A DNA stretch of 60,682 nt, the filler included, from Fonticula-like sp. SCN 57-25 (taxonomy: Eukaryota): the NCBI GenBank assembly GCA_001724245.1. It is 4 parts of 4 records of this genome, joined end to end, with 100 filler letters (N's around TTAATTAATTAA, not from the genome) between each part and the next. Parts side by side here need not be neighbours in the genome. Positions count along the whole stretch, not along the records: positions 1 to 15,109 come from MEDX01000142.1; 3 more parts are not named here. One strand, given 5' to 3'. The stretch's first letter is position 1, and each line of letters opens with the position of its first letter. Under the pieces are notes generated by a model. That model was not told where the DNA came from and ran no database searches. It saw nothing but the letters and a program-made list of their open reading frames with translations. The translations under genes were made by a program, and so were the position numbers. Positions 1-11,503 of this stretch are shown piece after piece.

Positions 1-5
1 CCGAC

Positions 6-3000
6 ATGTCTGCATTGGCAAACTATCTTTTTGGGAGGGTTTTCACGTATGACGGCAAGCCTCCGTTGTTTACGAAAACCGAGCCAGTGAAGCTGTTTCC
101 TTTCCTCTCTGCAGCGTCGGTCGATCGCGCTACCTTTGTCAAGCTCGTGTCGTGGGTAGCGGAGAAATCGGCGACCTCAGCCCAAACTATCGCCGAGTGG
201 GCGGAATCGCCTTGGATTTTGCGCCAGGGTGACGATACGACGCTGTACGCGCCGAATTCGCTTTTGCATCTTGTTGCGAACAGCGATCTTGCAGCTGCAT
301 TTGCGCCGATCTACGGGCCCAACATTGAGTTTTCCGCCTCATCGGCTGCTTCCCAAATGCTTCCCCTGCCGTATTACGAGTACTTTGGTTCTGTGTCGCC
401 CACGATAGTCGGCGTGCCTGCATGGTCGGATCTTTCTCTTGTAGACCGCGTTTCAGTTCTGTTGGAATGCTGGCAGGAGAACGCGACCACCTACGACGTG
501 GTTGACAGGCTTGTCAAGGTGCTTGCCAACATGCTAAAGTCGTTTATGTTGGATGAAACATACGCGGACGCCTGTGAAGCAGTGTTCGACTGTCTCGTTG
601 CGAACGCCCTTGTACCCGTCGGCAGCGATCGGACATTGTTGAAGTTTCACGATGGTATCATTCTCCCGCCAGACAATCCCTTTTATCAACATGCCTTATG
701 GGATTATCTATTGAAAACACAGTCCTGCCCCATCGTTCTGTGGACGCGTGGCATGCTTGGCCCTGATATGGACGATCTGTTGCGCCGCGTTTCTGCCAGC
801 TTGAGTAATATTTCGCAGACGCAGCTGCTCACTCTGTGGAACTTTGTTGCAGACAACATTTCTCTGTCGAACGATGCCACAACAGACATCAGCAGCGTCG
901 AGACGTTTATTTGGAGTCTAATCAATGAAGTGTTATCTGAAGACTGCGAAGAGTCGCTCGAGGACATGTGCCTTCCGCTGGGCGGAGAATGGCAGCCACT
1001 CAGCGAACTTTTTGCTTTCGATTCGGCACTGCTGCAATTCGGTGATGCAGAGGCCGAACTGCGGGGCATTTATCGCACGCTGTATTCTGGGACGAATATC
1101 TTTGAGATGATGAGTCACGAGTCTGTGGAGCGCTGCCGCGATGGTATCGCGCGTCTCATTTCAAGTGGCAAGCATGTCTCAACCACGAGCGAGATTCTCA
1201 TCTTTGAAAAGATTCTCGAGTCCCTTTTCGACAGATCGCAGGAGGATGACGCCGATCTGCCCGCGATATCGGCCATCGCTTGGCGACTTTACGCGCATAT
1301 CGCTATCAAGTTTCCTGCAGACACCTGCCGGCTCCTCCGCCGCAGGTTTGGTGATAGCAAGTGGCTTTTCCTTTCCGACCATGTCATTGCGTTTAGCCAC
1401 CTAAAGAATATGGTTCTCGACTCGGATGGAATTCAAAGGGTCGAAAAGTTATTGAAGTCAGAATCTCCGGGTCGCAAGCTGTTTGCTCGCCTACTGACCG
1501 GGCTTCGCCAGTTCAACTTGCCCGACGTTATCGCGAGGCACTGCGAGGGCGAAGATGCTCAGGCGAAAATCACGTCGTTCTTTTCATACAATATCCCTAA
1601 ACGGACGCCTTTTAATGAAGTATGCCGTTCTCTGCTGGATTCCCTGCGGACTAGAATGGCAAAGGACATATTTTCTTTGTCGGACATCGACAAGGAATCG
1701 TGGCCGCTCGCCATTGAGGAGGTGTCATGGTCACTCATCAGGGTCTCCTCTGGCTCGAACGATGCTCCGTTGGAGTTTGTCTATCATGAGCAGATATGGA
1801 TCGAACCGGCAACGGCTGTTTGGATTGACGAGGTTTTGCTCAAGGCCGAGATCACGGGCAAACTCGAGTACTCCGAGGATACTTCCGAGGAGAAGAAGGC
1901 CACAGAGGACAGAAAAATGATTGGCGACGTTCTGAAGGAGGTCATGGCCTTTGTCTGCCCTTCCAATCTGTGGCGAACTGCGCAAAAGTACTCTGTTTCC
2001 TTGGCTACGCTGAAGCCGCTCGAGGCCAAGTCCTCCATCGGTACTTTGTTGGACGTTTTGCGTTTCCTGCGATCGAGCCCTTCTCGTCCATCAGGGCCCG
2101 TTGCCTCTTTGGTGTGGGGAATTGTTGCTGTTCTGGCATATTGTGACAAGTTCCCAAGCAGCAATATCTCTATTGTTCACATGGGATCGTGGCTCGGATT
2201 GCCGGCGCCGCGCTCGGCCTTGTGGATATTTAGCCCGAATGACCTCCCGGACGGCTATGATACTGCTTCCTCTGCATCGACATCGGATGGCTCTGCAGAT
2301 TCCGCACAGTTACGTAGAAAGGAATTTGCGAGGGGCATTCTTTGGCGCGCCTCGAATGAGATCAACTGGGGCGCGTCGGCCTCGAGCGCGGGTCTCTCCC
2401 GCAAGAGCGCATCCAAGGTGGCGAGTGTCTTTGGTATTGCCGAAGGGAAACCTCTTCCCTTGTCGTGCTTTGTTTATGCGCTGCATCTTTTGATGGCGGA
2501 GGCAAACAAGTGGATTTCCAAGATGAAGGCGGACTACCCAAAGGTGCCAGAGGCCGTCCACAGTGACTTTATCTACAATTTGTTTACGTGGCTTGCAACA
2601 AAGGCGGGCAATGAGAAGGTCAAGACTGCGGCTTCACGTAAGGAGGCTGCTCCGCTTCGTTTCCCTACGCTTGGTTGTCGCCGCTTCGTGACTGTTGACC
2701 GTCTTGTTATTCGCTCTGAAGTGGACCATGATGCCGAATTTGAGGAGGCTGACAATCCGGAGCGGTTCATTTTGGGAATCACGACTGGCCATCTGCCGAA
2801 ATTGCTTTCGTCGCTCGGCGCTGTCGCCTTGGACAAGGTCCCTACAGAGGAGCGGCTTATCCTTGAGGGCTCTCCCAGCATTGTTCAATTCGACGATCCC
2901 AGCTGGCCCTCACTCTTCCTCAGTGACCATTTGGCGAGGATTATGCACGCGGTGGCGTCGCCATGGTTCCCCGATGTCGCTCGTGTTGTTGGTTTGTTAA

Positions 3001-4916
3001 AGTCTACCGAGCTCGTTGAGTGCGACGAGCTGCGCCGTGTTGTGACGTACCACGGCATTGGGTCGGCCACGTATGAGGAGTCAAGTCGTCTGCTGCCGTC
3101 AAAGTCGTTCATGTCTGAGTATAGTCATTGGGGACGGCCGTTGCCAAAGGATTTCAATCCTCTTCCTATCGAGTGTTGCGTTACAGAGCCTGGTGACGTT
3201 GCATCCCTACCTTCGAACTCACTTAACAATCGTCTTGTGGTCGTGCGCGACGAAAACGAGTTTGCTGCAGTCATGTGTTTCATGAACAGTGTGCTTGCAT
3301 TGAAGGCGCCGTCGCCGCTGCCGGACAAGTTGGAGACATCGGACAAATTGCTAGCAGATGTAAGGATTGGCACTTTTGTGAAAGAGGCTTGTTCGTGGTT
3401 TGATTTCGCAAGATCCCACAAAGACGCTCCTTTGGACATAATTCAGGAGCAGGTTGACAAGGAGGTTAGGCTAGCATCGGTACTGAATCACCATGCACCA
3501 ACGCCTAAGAAGAAGGCGACGAAAAAAGCGCTAGTAGCAGCGGCTTCGGAAGAACCCCCTGTAGCTCCAGATGGCACGGCTACGTCGCCGCCAACAATTG
3601 CTTCCTCAACGGAGAATACTGATATGTCGCCACCAACGACTGTTTCATCGCCGCCGTCAACGACTGATACCTCGCCGCCAACAACTGAAACGTTGCCTCA
3701 AACGACTGACGCGTCGCTGCCAGATCCCGAGACTTTGAAGCAGCCACAGCAGATGGCAGAGACTGCACAAGCGGTCATCAAAGATGACAGAGGTGAACCC
3801 ATTGGGGCTGCCGAGGGAGCCACCTTGAGGCCGACCGAAGGAGCCGCTGATACGAACACGGGCGCGCATCAGCCGATCCCTGAACCCGACGCCGTTGATT
3901 CGTCTTTACTGGCGCCGTTGCACAATGGAAGCCCAGCAACTGCGTTCGACCCTCAGCGGATTCAGGATATGTATCGGGAGCGTCATAATCAGGGTCCCGT
4001 ACCTCGGCCCCAGCACCAGCACCATCATCATCACCGGTCCCAGCAGCAGCATCAGCCCCAGCAGCAGACCTTTGAGGGCGTTGCCGATGCGATGCATACC
4101 CGGCGCGCACATCAGCTGCCGAGCGGGCAGCAGCGTCCTAATCGAAAGGCACGGAGACACGGCAACGGTTCCGGCGGCGTCTCTCAGCAAGCCTCTCGAT
4201 CGACCCAGAGCGGAGTTGGTGTGCCGTCGTTGGGCGTTGCTGTAGAAGCGTTGTCTTTGGAGGCGTCGCAACGAGCATTGCATGTGCAGCAGCCGGTTGT
4301 CGCGCCTTGGCAGGGCTACAGGAGGGAAGAGCACACCTTTGATGAATTTGAATTGGGCATGTTCAATCGTAGTTCATTTTCGATTGTGGCACCACCCAGC
4401 CTCGCTCCGTCGACTCCCGCGACTTTCCAATTCGGCGCAGCTTCAAACCAGACGCCGACGCCGTTTGTTTTGCATTCCAACCTTGTCAGCGGTCGTCCAC
4501 CAGCCTTCCATATGCCCGAGAGCTCGCATGCGAATGCCGCGTACGCCGCCGGAAGCGATAGTCTAGCGCAGCAAATCGGCGAATGGGGAGAAGATTTTGC
4601 ATTCCAGACAATTCTTCCCAAAATGTTCCCGCAGTCGAAAATAGTAAAGACAGGCGGCTTCGAACACTCGCACGATTGCATTGTTTACTCGCAGAATGGC
4701 CAAGTGGAGTTTATCGTCGAAGTCAAAGTGGCGCAGAGGCGAACCACGTTCGTGTGGTCGGGGGCGCAGATTGACATTGCTCGCACTGAACGTAAAAAGT
4801 ATCTGCTGCTTCTTATCGTCCCTTCATCAGGGCAGGTGATTCCTATTCAGGACCCGTTCGCCTGGGTTGAGTTGGGTCGGCTGAGAATCAGTCACGGTGC
4901 CTTTGAGCTCGCCTAG
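6..4916 (+). CDS. Large intronless protein with C-terminal DUF3883 / NO VEIN C-terminal (PD-(D/E)xK nuclease-like) domain; probably 5'-truncated
   Basis: 1636-aa ORF whose frame is open to the contig edge. The C-terminus QIGEWGEDFAF...HSHD...FIVEVK...FVWSGAQIDIAR...KYLLLLIV fits the DUF3883 pattern (IGxxGE, D, EVK, F.xS, Y.l..V). A Ser/Thr/Pro- and Gln/His-rich linker precedes it. Confidence 0.7.
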   Translation: MSALANYLFGRVFTYDGKPPLFTKTEPVKLFPFLSAASVDRATFVKLVSWVAEKSATSAQTIAEWAESPWILRQGDDTTLYAPNSLLHLVANSDLAAAFAPIYGPNIEFSASSAASQMLPLPYYEYFGSVSPTIVGVPAWSDLSLVDRVSVLLECWQENATTYDVVDRLVKVLANMLKSFMLDETYADACEAVFDCLVANALVPVGSDRTLLKFHDGIILPPDNPFYQHALWDYLLKTQSCPIVLWTRGMLGPDMDDLLRRVSASLSNISQTQLLTLWNFVADNISLSNDATTDISSVETFIWSLINEVLSEDCEESLEDMCLPLGGEWQPLSELFAFDSALLQFGDAEAELRGIYRTLYSGTNIFEMMSHESVERCRDGIARLISSGKHVSTTSEILIFEKILESLFDRSQEDDADLPAISAIAWRLYAHIAIKFPADTCRLLRRRFGDSKWLFLSDHVIAFSHLKNMVLDSDGIQRVEKLLKSESPGRKLFARLLTGLRQFNLPDVIARHCEGEDAQAKITSFFSYNIPKRTPFNEVCRSLLDSLRTRMAKDIFSLSDIDKESWPLAIEEVSWSLIRVSSGSNDAPLEFVYHEQIWIEPATAVWIDEVLLKAEITGKLEYSEDTSEEKKATEDRKMIGDVLKEVMAFVCPSNLWRTAQKYSVSLATLKPLEAKSSIGTLLDVLRFLRSSPSRPSGPVASLVWGIVAVLAYCDKFPSSNISIVHMGSWLGLPAPRSALWIFSPNDLPDGYDTASSASTSDGSADSAQLRRKEFARGILWRASNEINWGASASSAGLSRKSASKVASVFGIAEGKPLPLSCFVYALHLLMAEANKWISKMKADYPKVPEAVHSDFIYNLFTWLATKAGNEKVKTAASRKEAAPLRFPTLGCRRFVTVDRLVIRSEVDHDAEFEEADNPERFILGITTGHLPKLLSSLGAVALDKVPTEERLILEGSPSIVQFDDPSWPSLFLSDHLARIMHAVASPWFPDVARVVGLLKSTELVECDELRRVVTYHGIGSATYEESSRLLPSKSFMSEYSHWGRPLPKDFNPLPIECCVTEPGDVASLPSNSLNNRLVVVRDENEFAAVMCFMNSVLALKAPSPLPDKLETSDKLLADVRIGTFVKEACSWFDFARSHKDAPLDIIQEQVDKEVRLASVLNHHAPTPKKKATKKALVAAASEEPPVAPDGTATSPPTIASSTENTDMSPPTTVSSPPSTTDTSPPTTETLPQTTDASLPDPETLKQPQQMAETAQAVIKDDRGEPIGAAEGATLRPTEGAADTNTGAHQPIPEPDAVDSSLLAPLHNGSPATAFDPQRIQDMYRERHNQGPVPRPQHQHHHHHRSQQQHQPQQQTFEGVADAMHTRRAHQLPSGQQRPNRKARRHGNGSGGVSQQASRSTQSGVGVPSLGVAVEALSLEASQRALHVQQPVVAPWQGYRREEHTFDEFELGMFNRSSFSIVAPPSLAPSTPATFQFGAASNQTPTPFVLHSNLVSGRPPAFHMPESSHANAAYAAGSDSLAQQIGEWGEDFAFQTILPKMFPQSKIVKTGGFEHSHDCIVYSQNGQVEFIVEVKVAQRRTTFVWSGAQIDIARTERKKYLLLLIVPSSGQVIPIQDPFAWVELGRLRISHGAFELA
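3585..3720 (+). repeat. Coding minisatellite (SPPTTxx ~7-aa units) in the disordered linker
   Basis: Repeated tcgccgccaacaac-like units translate as SPPTIA/SPPTTVS/SPPSTTDT/SPPTTET. Confidence 0.6.
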
Positions 4917-5098
4917 GCCATTATTTCAGCATACAAGTATCATCATCCAGGATATACGGTGCACGTTGTATTATAATATTCATTTTCAAGGCACAATAAT
5001 CAAGTGTTTTCCTTATCAATTCAATAATAGCATGGATACAGTATGGATAGAAATATCACTACAAACAAGCAATTCGCAGCATTGTTTATCGATTGAAA

Positions 5099-5127
5099 TT
5101 GGCGGGAACCAGCATCTACTTGATTGG
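5099..5127. promoter_or_regulatory. E2F-like site plus CCAAT box
   Basis: TTGGCGGGAA at 5099 and GATTGG at ~5122, 50-75 bp upstream of ATG 5175. Confidence 0.4.
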
Positions 5128-5174
5128 TCGATTCAAATTGTCAAATCATGCACTTTCGAATTGCACCGTGCATC

Positions 5175-6418
5175 ATGGGCAAGCGTGACAAGGCGGGCCC
5201 CAGCACGTCGGCCTCGGCGTCGGGGTCATCCCCCAAGCGCGCGCGCAAGGACGAGGACGCGTCTGCGGAAGACGATGTCCCGACCCAGTGGGAGTTTGAT
5301 TTTGGCGATGAGAAGCCGAACGCACAGGAGCTGCTCGAGTTGGCCGTCGAGGAGAAGAGCGAGGGAAACTCGGAGGCGGCCGTGCGTCTCTTTGAGCTCG
5401 CTCTCGAGGCGTTCCCCAAGGAGGAAGAAGAGGCGGTGAAGGGCGACAAGGACGACGTTGCGCGCTTCCTCTTTGATTGGGCCACGTGCCTGCGCGAGCT
5501 TGGAGAGTACCTCCCCCTCCGCGATTACCTGCAGGATGCCGCCGCACGGCTCCAGGCCCTCGCGGCGGACGGGACGGCGAGCATCGCCGGCGACGTTTCC
5601 GTGTCGCAGGCTCGCACGCGACTTGCTCTTGCGCACTTGCTGCAGGAGACTGCCCGCAAGCAGGCAGAGACGCTGGCCGAGGAAGGCACCGAGATGGACA
5701 AGGCTGCCGAGGAGGAGCAGGAGAAGATGCGCAAGGATGCCGCCGAGCAGCTCAAGATGGGCTCTGACCTGTACAAGGCGGCGATTGCGGCCATTGCCAC
5801 CAAGCTTCAGGGCCGTATTGCCTCGGAAACGTCGATCTTTGCGCGCTATCTCATCAATTTCTTTAATGTTGCGGACGAGGAGCAGCGCCAGGACTTGCTC
5901 GACGAGGCGCTCGCGCTCACACAGACCGCCACGAGTGCCAAGCCCCGCGACGACTTTGTGCTGTCTGTGCGCAGCGATGCTTTGCTAGCGGCGGCGCGCC
6001 ACCTGGCGCAGCAGGACAAGACCGAAGAGGCGCTTGTGCGTTGTCTTTTTTCTGTTTGTCACCAAATGCTCACAGCTTGTTTTGCGCATAGGCCAAGGCC
6101 CAGGAGGCCGCAAGCACGTTCGAGGGCGCGCTCGCCAGTGTAGACGAGGAAGAGCGCCACGTGGACACTCTCAAGGGCGTACGTCTTTTTTTCTGCTGCT
6201 GTTTCCGAGCTGACTTGTGTTGTGCTTAGCTTGCCGACGCGTACGTCCTGCTGGCCACGCTGGACGCCGACGAGGATAAAGTAATGCAGTACTTTGATAA
6301 GGCACGCGAGCGTCTCAAGGAGACCCTCAAGCTGTCGCCTGATTTTGCCGAGGCGCGCGAGCAGCTCGAGGCCCTTGGCGGCGCTCAGAGCGACGAGGAG
6401 GAAGAGGAGGAAGAGTAA
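5175..6418 (+). CDS. TPR-like helical protein, probable ETT1/Nro1 family
   Basis: Three exons (introns 6036-6091 and 6179-6229) splice in frame. Basic N-terminus MGKR...PKRARK. The C-terminal LADAYVLLATLDADEDKVMQYFDKARERL resembles the ETT1/Nro1 C-terminus. Ends in an acidic tail and TAA. Confidence 0.55.
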
Positions 6419-6524
6419 GTTGAAAAAGTGTCCCTGTTTGTATACTAAATAAACATTGAATGAGGTATGACTGGCGTGGTACAACGTGATACATGAAGAG
6501 ATTCTAGATACATGAAGCAAATCA

Positions 6525-9417
6525 TCATTTTTTCGATGACGACGCTCCTCCCGACGACCTCCTCTTGGCCGCCGGCGACTTGACCTTGATCATCTTGTCC
6601 TTTGTGACGTCATCATCCTTGTCGCTGTCGCCGTCCTCCTCCTCGGCGGCGGCCGTGTCGTCCTCGGGCTCCGCCTCCATATCGGGGTCGCCGCCGAGCG
6701 GCCCAGAGCCCATGCCCACCGAGCGCTTTGACATGGCGATCGACGCGTACGGCATAAAGTGCGTCCCCTGGTTGTAGGAGCGGGTGAGGGCGGATTTCAC
6801 GTTGGAAGGAAGCATTTCATAGGCATTCTTGCCCTTTCCGTATGTGCCGAGAGTGTCCGCCATATCCGTCAAGTCCTCCTTGTTCAGGTAGTAATAGTCG
6901 AGCACCTCAATCGCCTTGTCAATGCCGCCCTACAATCGAAATGGTGAGTTTAGGTCCCACGTGGCAGAGCGATGCGTACCGTTCCTTCGCGCTCCAATGG
7001 CCGAACGATGCTGCGAAAAATGTGGGGCATGTATTCGAGGGCGTAGCTTGTGCGGTCGGCGCTGACATGGAGCATCGAGTGGCTGTAAAGCTCCCTGGCG
7101 ATGCGCATGTTCTTTGACTGGGTAGAGTTCTTGCCCAGCCAGCCGGCAAACTCGACACGGCCACCGAGGGAGCCGTGCATGACGTAAGAAGGAAACACAG
7201 TCGACAGCAGGCCCTGCGTCGGCAAAAGGCCCCACTCTTGCTGCTGCATCACCTGGCGACTGACAACGTCGCCCTCGGCGATGAGGTCCGCCGCGCGAGC
7301 AGCCATCTCGAGGTGCGACAGGCGGCGCTCTTCGGGCGTCGAGCCCGACAGCATGGCAGGCGTGCCGCTCAAATAGTTTTCTTGAATCATCAGCGGCATG
7401 ATAGAATAGTCGCAAAAGAAATAGTCCATGGCGTCGTCGACGCTCGTGCGCCCGCGCTCAAAGCCAAGCAGCTTGGGCGTCAAGTCGAAAGGACCAAATG
7501 TAAAGTTCTTTTGCGACGTGCTGACGAGCGCCTTGGCATCGTCGTAGCCGAGCGACGACTGCCTGAGCTTGTACATGGACAGCAGCATGAGGATCTGGCG
7601 AATATCGCCTTGCGTTCCCTCGACGAGCTGCGCAACGGCATTCGGCTCAATGCGGAAGCCTTCCTTGCTCATAATGTGCTCAAGGCGACTCTGAAGCTGA
7701 TTGGCTGCCGGTCTGCGCACGACATGCGTGGTCAGGCAAACAGCATGGTATATCAAAAGAAGCGTACCGACGGAAGCGAAGATGCAGGCAGTGGTTCTGC
7801 AATGAGCGGACCTTGGGATTCGACGCGTCGTTGCAGATGCAAATGATCGGCACCTTGGTGTTCTTGATGAGCTTGATCAGCTCTCCCATGCCGCCGCGAT
7901 CGCCGCCCGACATGCCGTCAACCTCGTCCATGACCAGCACAATCTTGTGCTTGTCAGCGGCCGCGCCCTTGCCCGCAGCACCACCGGCACGGCTCGCACC
8001 GAAAAACTCTGAAATGCTGCGGTTGTCAACAGAGTCGCCAATCGCCAGCTCGAGTGTCTTTTTGCTGCGCGTGTCGCTCGCGTTGAACTCGAGCACTTCG
8101 AACCCGGCCTCGCGCGCGACAACGTGCGCCGTGCTCGTCTTGCCAATGCCGGGCGCGCCCGACAGCAGCGCGGCGCGGTATCCATCCTTGCTGTTTGCGA
8201 GTTTCGTAGCGTCCCAGTTCTGCAGCCATGTGAGAAGCTGCTTGACAAGGCCGGGGTTCCCCACGATATCCTTGCTGGACCGGGGGCGGTACTTGTCGGA
8301 GAGCATCTGGTCATCGGTCGACGAGGCAGGGTGCGCGCGCGCCGCCTCGGGCGCAGAGCGGGCAGGCTGGCTTGCAGCCGCCGGCGCGGACGCGGACTGG
8401 GAAGAGGCCAAAGAGGGCTTCACCGGCGAAGCCTCGCCGTCCGACGAGGGGGCACTGGCCTTGGTCGGCTTCTTGAGGGCAGCGCGCATGTCCTTGGCCG
8501 ACTTTGACACAACTGCCTGCTGCGTGGGGCGAGTGCGAACCATCTCGAGCAGTTCGTCCTCTGACAGCGTCTGAACATTGTGCTTCTTGATGGCCTCGAG
8601 CTTGCTGGCGCCGGGCTCCTCGCCAAGCACGACGTATGAGGTCTTGCTGCTCACGCTCCCGGTCACGCGGCCGCCGTAGCGTTGCACAAGATCGCTCGCC
8701 TGATCGCGGTCAAGAGAGTCCATCTCGCCAGTAAAGACAAAGGTAAGGCCCTACACATCACATCGTTTAATTGGCGTGCGGCAATAGAAAAGAAGCGCAT
8801 CGTACGGCGAGGCAATTGGGCGCTCCAACAGGGATTGGCTTGGATCCCGGGTTGCGAGGGCCGGTCCGCTGCTTTGCAAAGTAATTGAACTTGGGCTTGG
8901 GCTTGGCAACGTCACCATCATCTGCTGCGGATGCGGACGCAGCGGGTGCAGCGGGCTTCTTTGGGGAAGCCGCGGGCTTGGGCTCTGCCTTGGGCTTGGG
9001 CTCCGCCTTGGGCTTGGGCTCGGGCTTGCCCTTTGGCGATGTGGCCGCAGTCTTCTTGCTGGACGGGGGGAGATCAAGCAGATCTTCGTCCAAAATGTCG
9101 TCTAATTCGAAACCAGTAAGTATGCGTTCGCAGACCAATCCGCCCAGCGTACCATCTGTTTCCTCGTCATCGACCTTGCGCTTGACCGGCGCTTTCGTCG
9201 CCGCAGGCTTGGGCGCCGAAGCCGGCTTTGATGGTGCAGGCGCCAATGTTGACGAAGCCGCTTTGCTTACCGAGGCGGCGGGTTGGGGTGCTACAGCAGC
9301 AGGTGCCGCGTCCGGCTCGACACGCTGCTTCTTTGGCGGCTGCGCAGGGGCCGGGGCAGGCGCGGCAGCATCGGGCTTGCGAGCCGCAGGTTTCCCGAAA
9401 AAGTTACGAATATCCAT
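6525..9417 (-). CDS. RFC1: Replication factor C subunit 1
   Basis: MDIRNFFG start; BRCT domain (GGRVTGSVSSKTSYVVLG); AAA+ Walker A SGAPGIGKTS and Walker B VMDEVDG; DRGG; PIICICND; RFC1 C-terminal region. Introns include 9102-9152 and 8751-8805, plus ~7715-7767 and ~6930-6979. Confidence 0.95.
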
Positions 9418-9529
9418 TATAGCAAATGAATATCAGACACCCGCTGCAACGTACAGCGACGATAGCTAAATGCTCAGCGATGCGAATGATAAATTGCTAC
9501 TCGGCTATGCAGGGATGACGGCGGGTATG

Positions 9530-9583
9530 CGGTGGCGCGCTTTTTCACAAAAAGGCGGGAAGCAATCTACGCTCAGTTTGCAT
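9530..9583. promoter_or_regulatory. Bidirectional promoter with E2F-like sites and a CAGTTTGCA motif
   Basis: TGGCGCGCTTTTT, AGGCGGGAA and CAGTTTGCAT lie between divergent RFC1 and the glycosyltransferase gene. Confidence 0.45.
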
Positions 9584-9625
9584 CAGGTTTGACGGTGTTG
9601 TCAAGGTGTCAAGCTGGCCCTGTCG

Positions 9626-11447
9626 GTGAGGCGGCGTGGGCGCCCCGATGGCGACGCGGGGGCGCAGTGCGATGAAGAGAGTGCACAAGGGAAGTTTCCG
9701 AGGATACGACGGCGTGTGCTGCTCCGGCGGCTTGTGCTTGTTGTAGGACTGCTGATGTTTGTTGGCTTTGCCATGGCGGCGGTGATGGGCGGCTTAGGGA
9801 GATTCCATGCCGATACCAAAGGCGCTGCCGCTGTCAATGCAGAAGAGGAGGCAGAGCCGACAGTGTATACCCTGGGGGTTTGCGCAGTTATTCGCGACGA
9901 AGCGCTGTACCTGGAAGAGTGGATCCTCTTCCACGAGCTCGTTGGCGTGCAGCACTTTTTCCTCATGGATGACGGGAGCACAGACGAGACGCGCGCGGTG
10001 CTCGCGCCGTTCATCAGCCGAGGACTTGTAACATATTTTGACTGGCGCTTTCATGTACGCTCTAACGCAGACGATGACGACTGGGATTGCGACAGCGCGC
10101 GCCTCGCGACTGATCCTGCGCGGCTGAACAATTGCCAGTTGCGCGCGTTTGACGAGTGCCTCATACGGCAGAGCCATGCAGTAGAATGGCTCGCTTTCAT
10201 CGACGTCGACGAATTTTGTGCGCTCTTTCGCATGTGTTTATCATTTGTTAACGTTGGTCTTGCGAGCAGTGTACCCGACGCTCGAGTCTGACACGAGCGT
10301 GGCCGATGTCCTGCGGCGCCAATTCTCTCACGTCACGCATTCTGTGGGCGTCGTCAGCGCCACATACGGCTCCAGTGGGCATGTCTTCCGCGCGAGCGGC
10401 CCAGTGACGGCCGCGCACGTTCACCGCTCGGCGGCGGACAGCGTTTCTCCCGCGTCGGCGGCGGAGCTCTTCAAAATCAAGTCGATTATGCGGCCGTCCG
10501 CTGGACGTGCTGGCCGCTGCGGCTCGCACCTATTCCACGATGTCCGCGACGACGACTCGTCTGATGAATTGCCTCACGCGCCGCTGCGCACCATCGCGAC
10601 AGACGGCGTCCCTTTCCGCGGGTGCGGCGACGCGACGCACGACCCGCAACACTGCCTCCTCGCCGGGTGCGGCGTACTCGCGCCGCAGTGGGCGATGCTT
10701 CGCTACAACCACTATCGCGTAAAGTCGCGCGAGGACTATGAGTCGCGCTCGTATCGCGGCGTTGTACAGGGCCGCCTCGCGACCAAAAAGAGCGCCATAT
10801 CGTTCCGCATGCTCGACGCGAATGACGAGACGGACAACGCGCTTTGGCACCGATTTGGCGATGCGCTTTCCAGCAGGCTCGCGCTGCATCGAGGCGGCCG
10901 GCCTATGCAGGTCATCGCCGTCGTCGGCGCGGATCGCGTGGAGGTTCCTTTTGTTGCCGCGTCGCTGGGGCTGGCGGGCGCCACGCCCGGCGACGCGGCG
11001 TCGCTTAATCGACCGTCTACAATGGCCTCGCCGTACCTGTACCCGGCTGGCTTTTGGCTGTCCTCGGCCGTGGAGGCTGCGCACGAAGCGCTCGCTGCGG
11101 GCGACCCTGAACGAGCGCAAGAGATTGCGGCGCGTCACGTGGAGAGAAGCCTTAAAGCGCACGAGCCGCTTCTGTTGCAGGACGACGGGCTGCTGTGCGC
11201 CGCGCTCCCAATGTGGGCTGCTGCTGCTGCGCGCGCCAACGCATCGTGGTCAGTGGTGAGCGTGGGTGACGCGCAATGCAAGGGCGCGGCAGAATCAGTC
11301 GCATTCAGTGCGTCTTCCGATCACGTGGATGCGGTACAGCGGCTGGTGCAGTCGCTTAGAATCGACCGCGGGCTGCGGCTGTGGTCGCCTCCGGTAGACC
11401 GATTGGTGCGGCTCTACGACACGATACGGCAGCTCGAAAGCCAATAG
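9626..11447 (+). CDS. Type II membrane GT92/GT2-like glycosyltransferase with a degenerate sulfotransferase-like C-terminal region (start uncertain; first in-frame ATG ~9755)
   Basis: N-terminal TM; motifs CAVIRDEALYLEEWILFH, GVQHFFLMDDGSTD, WLAFIDVDEF|LYP (intron 10218-10269), FKIKSIMRP and NHYRVKSREDY. Confidence 0.8.
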
Positions 11448-11503
11448 GGATGTATAAATAATTATAATCAATGTACAATACAAAAAGGCATTTATAAAAT
11501 GAA

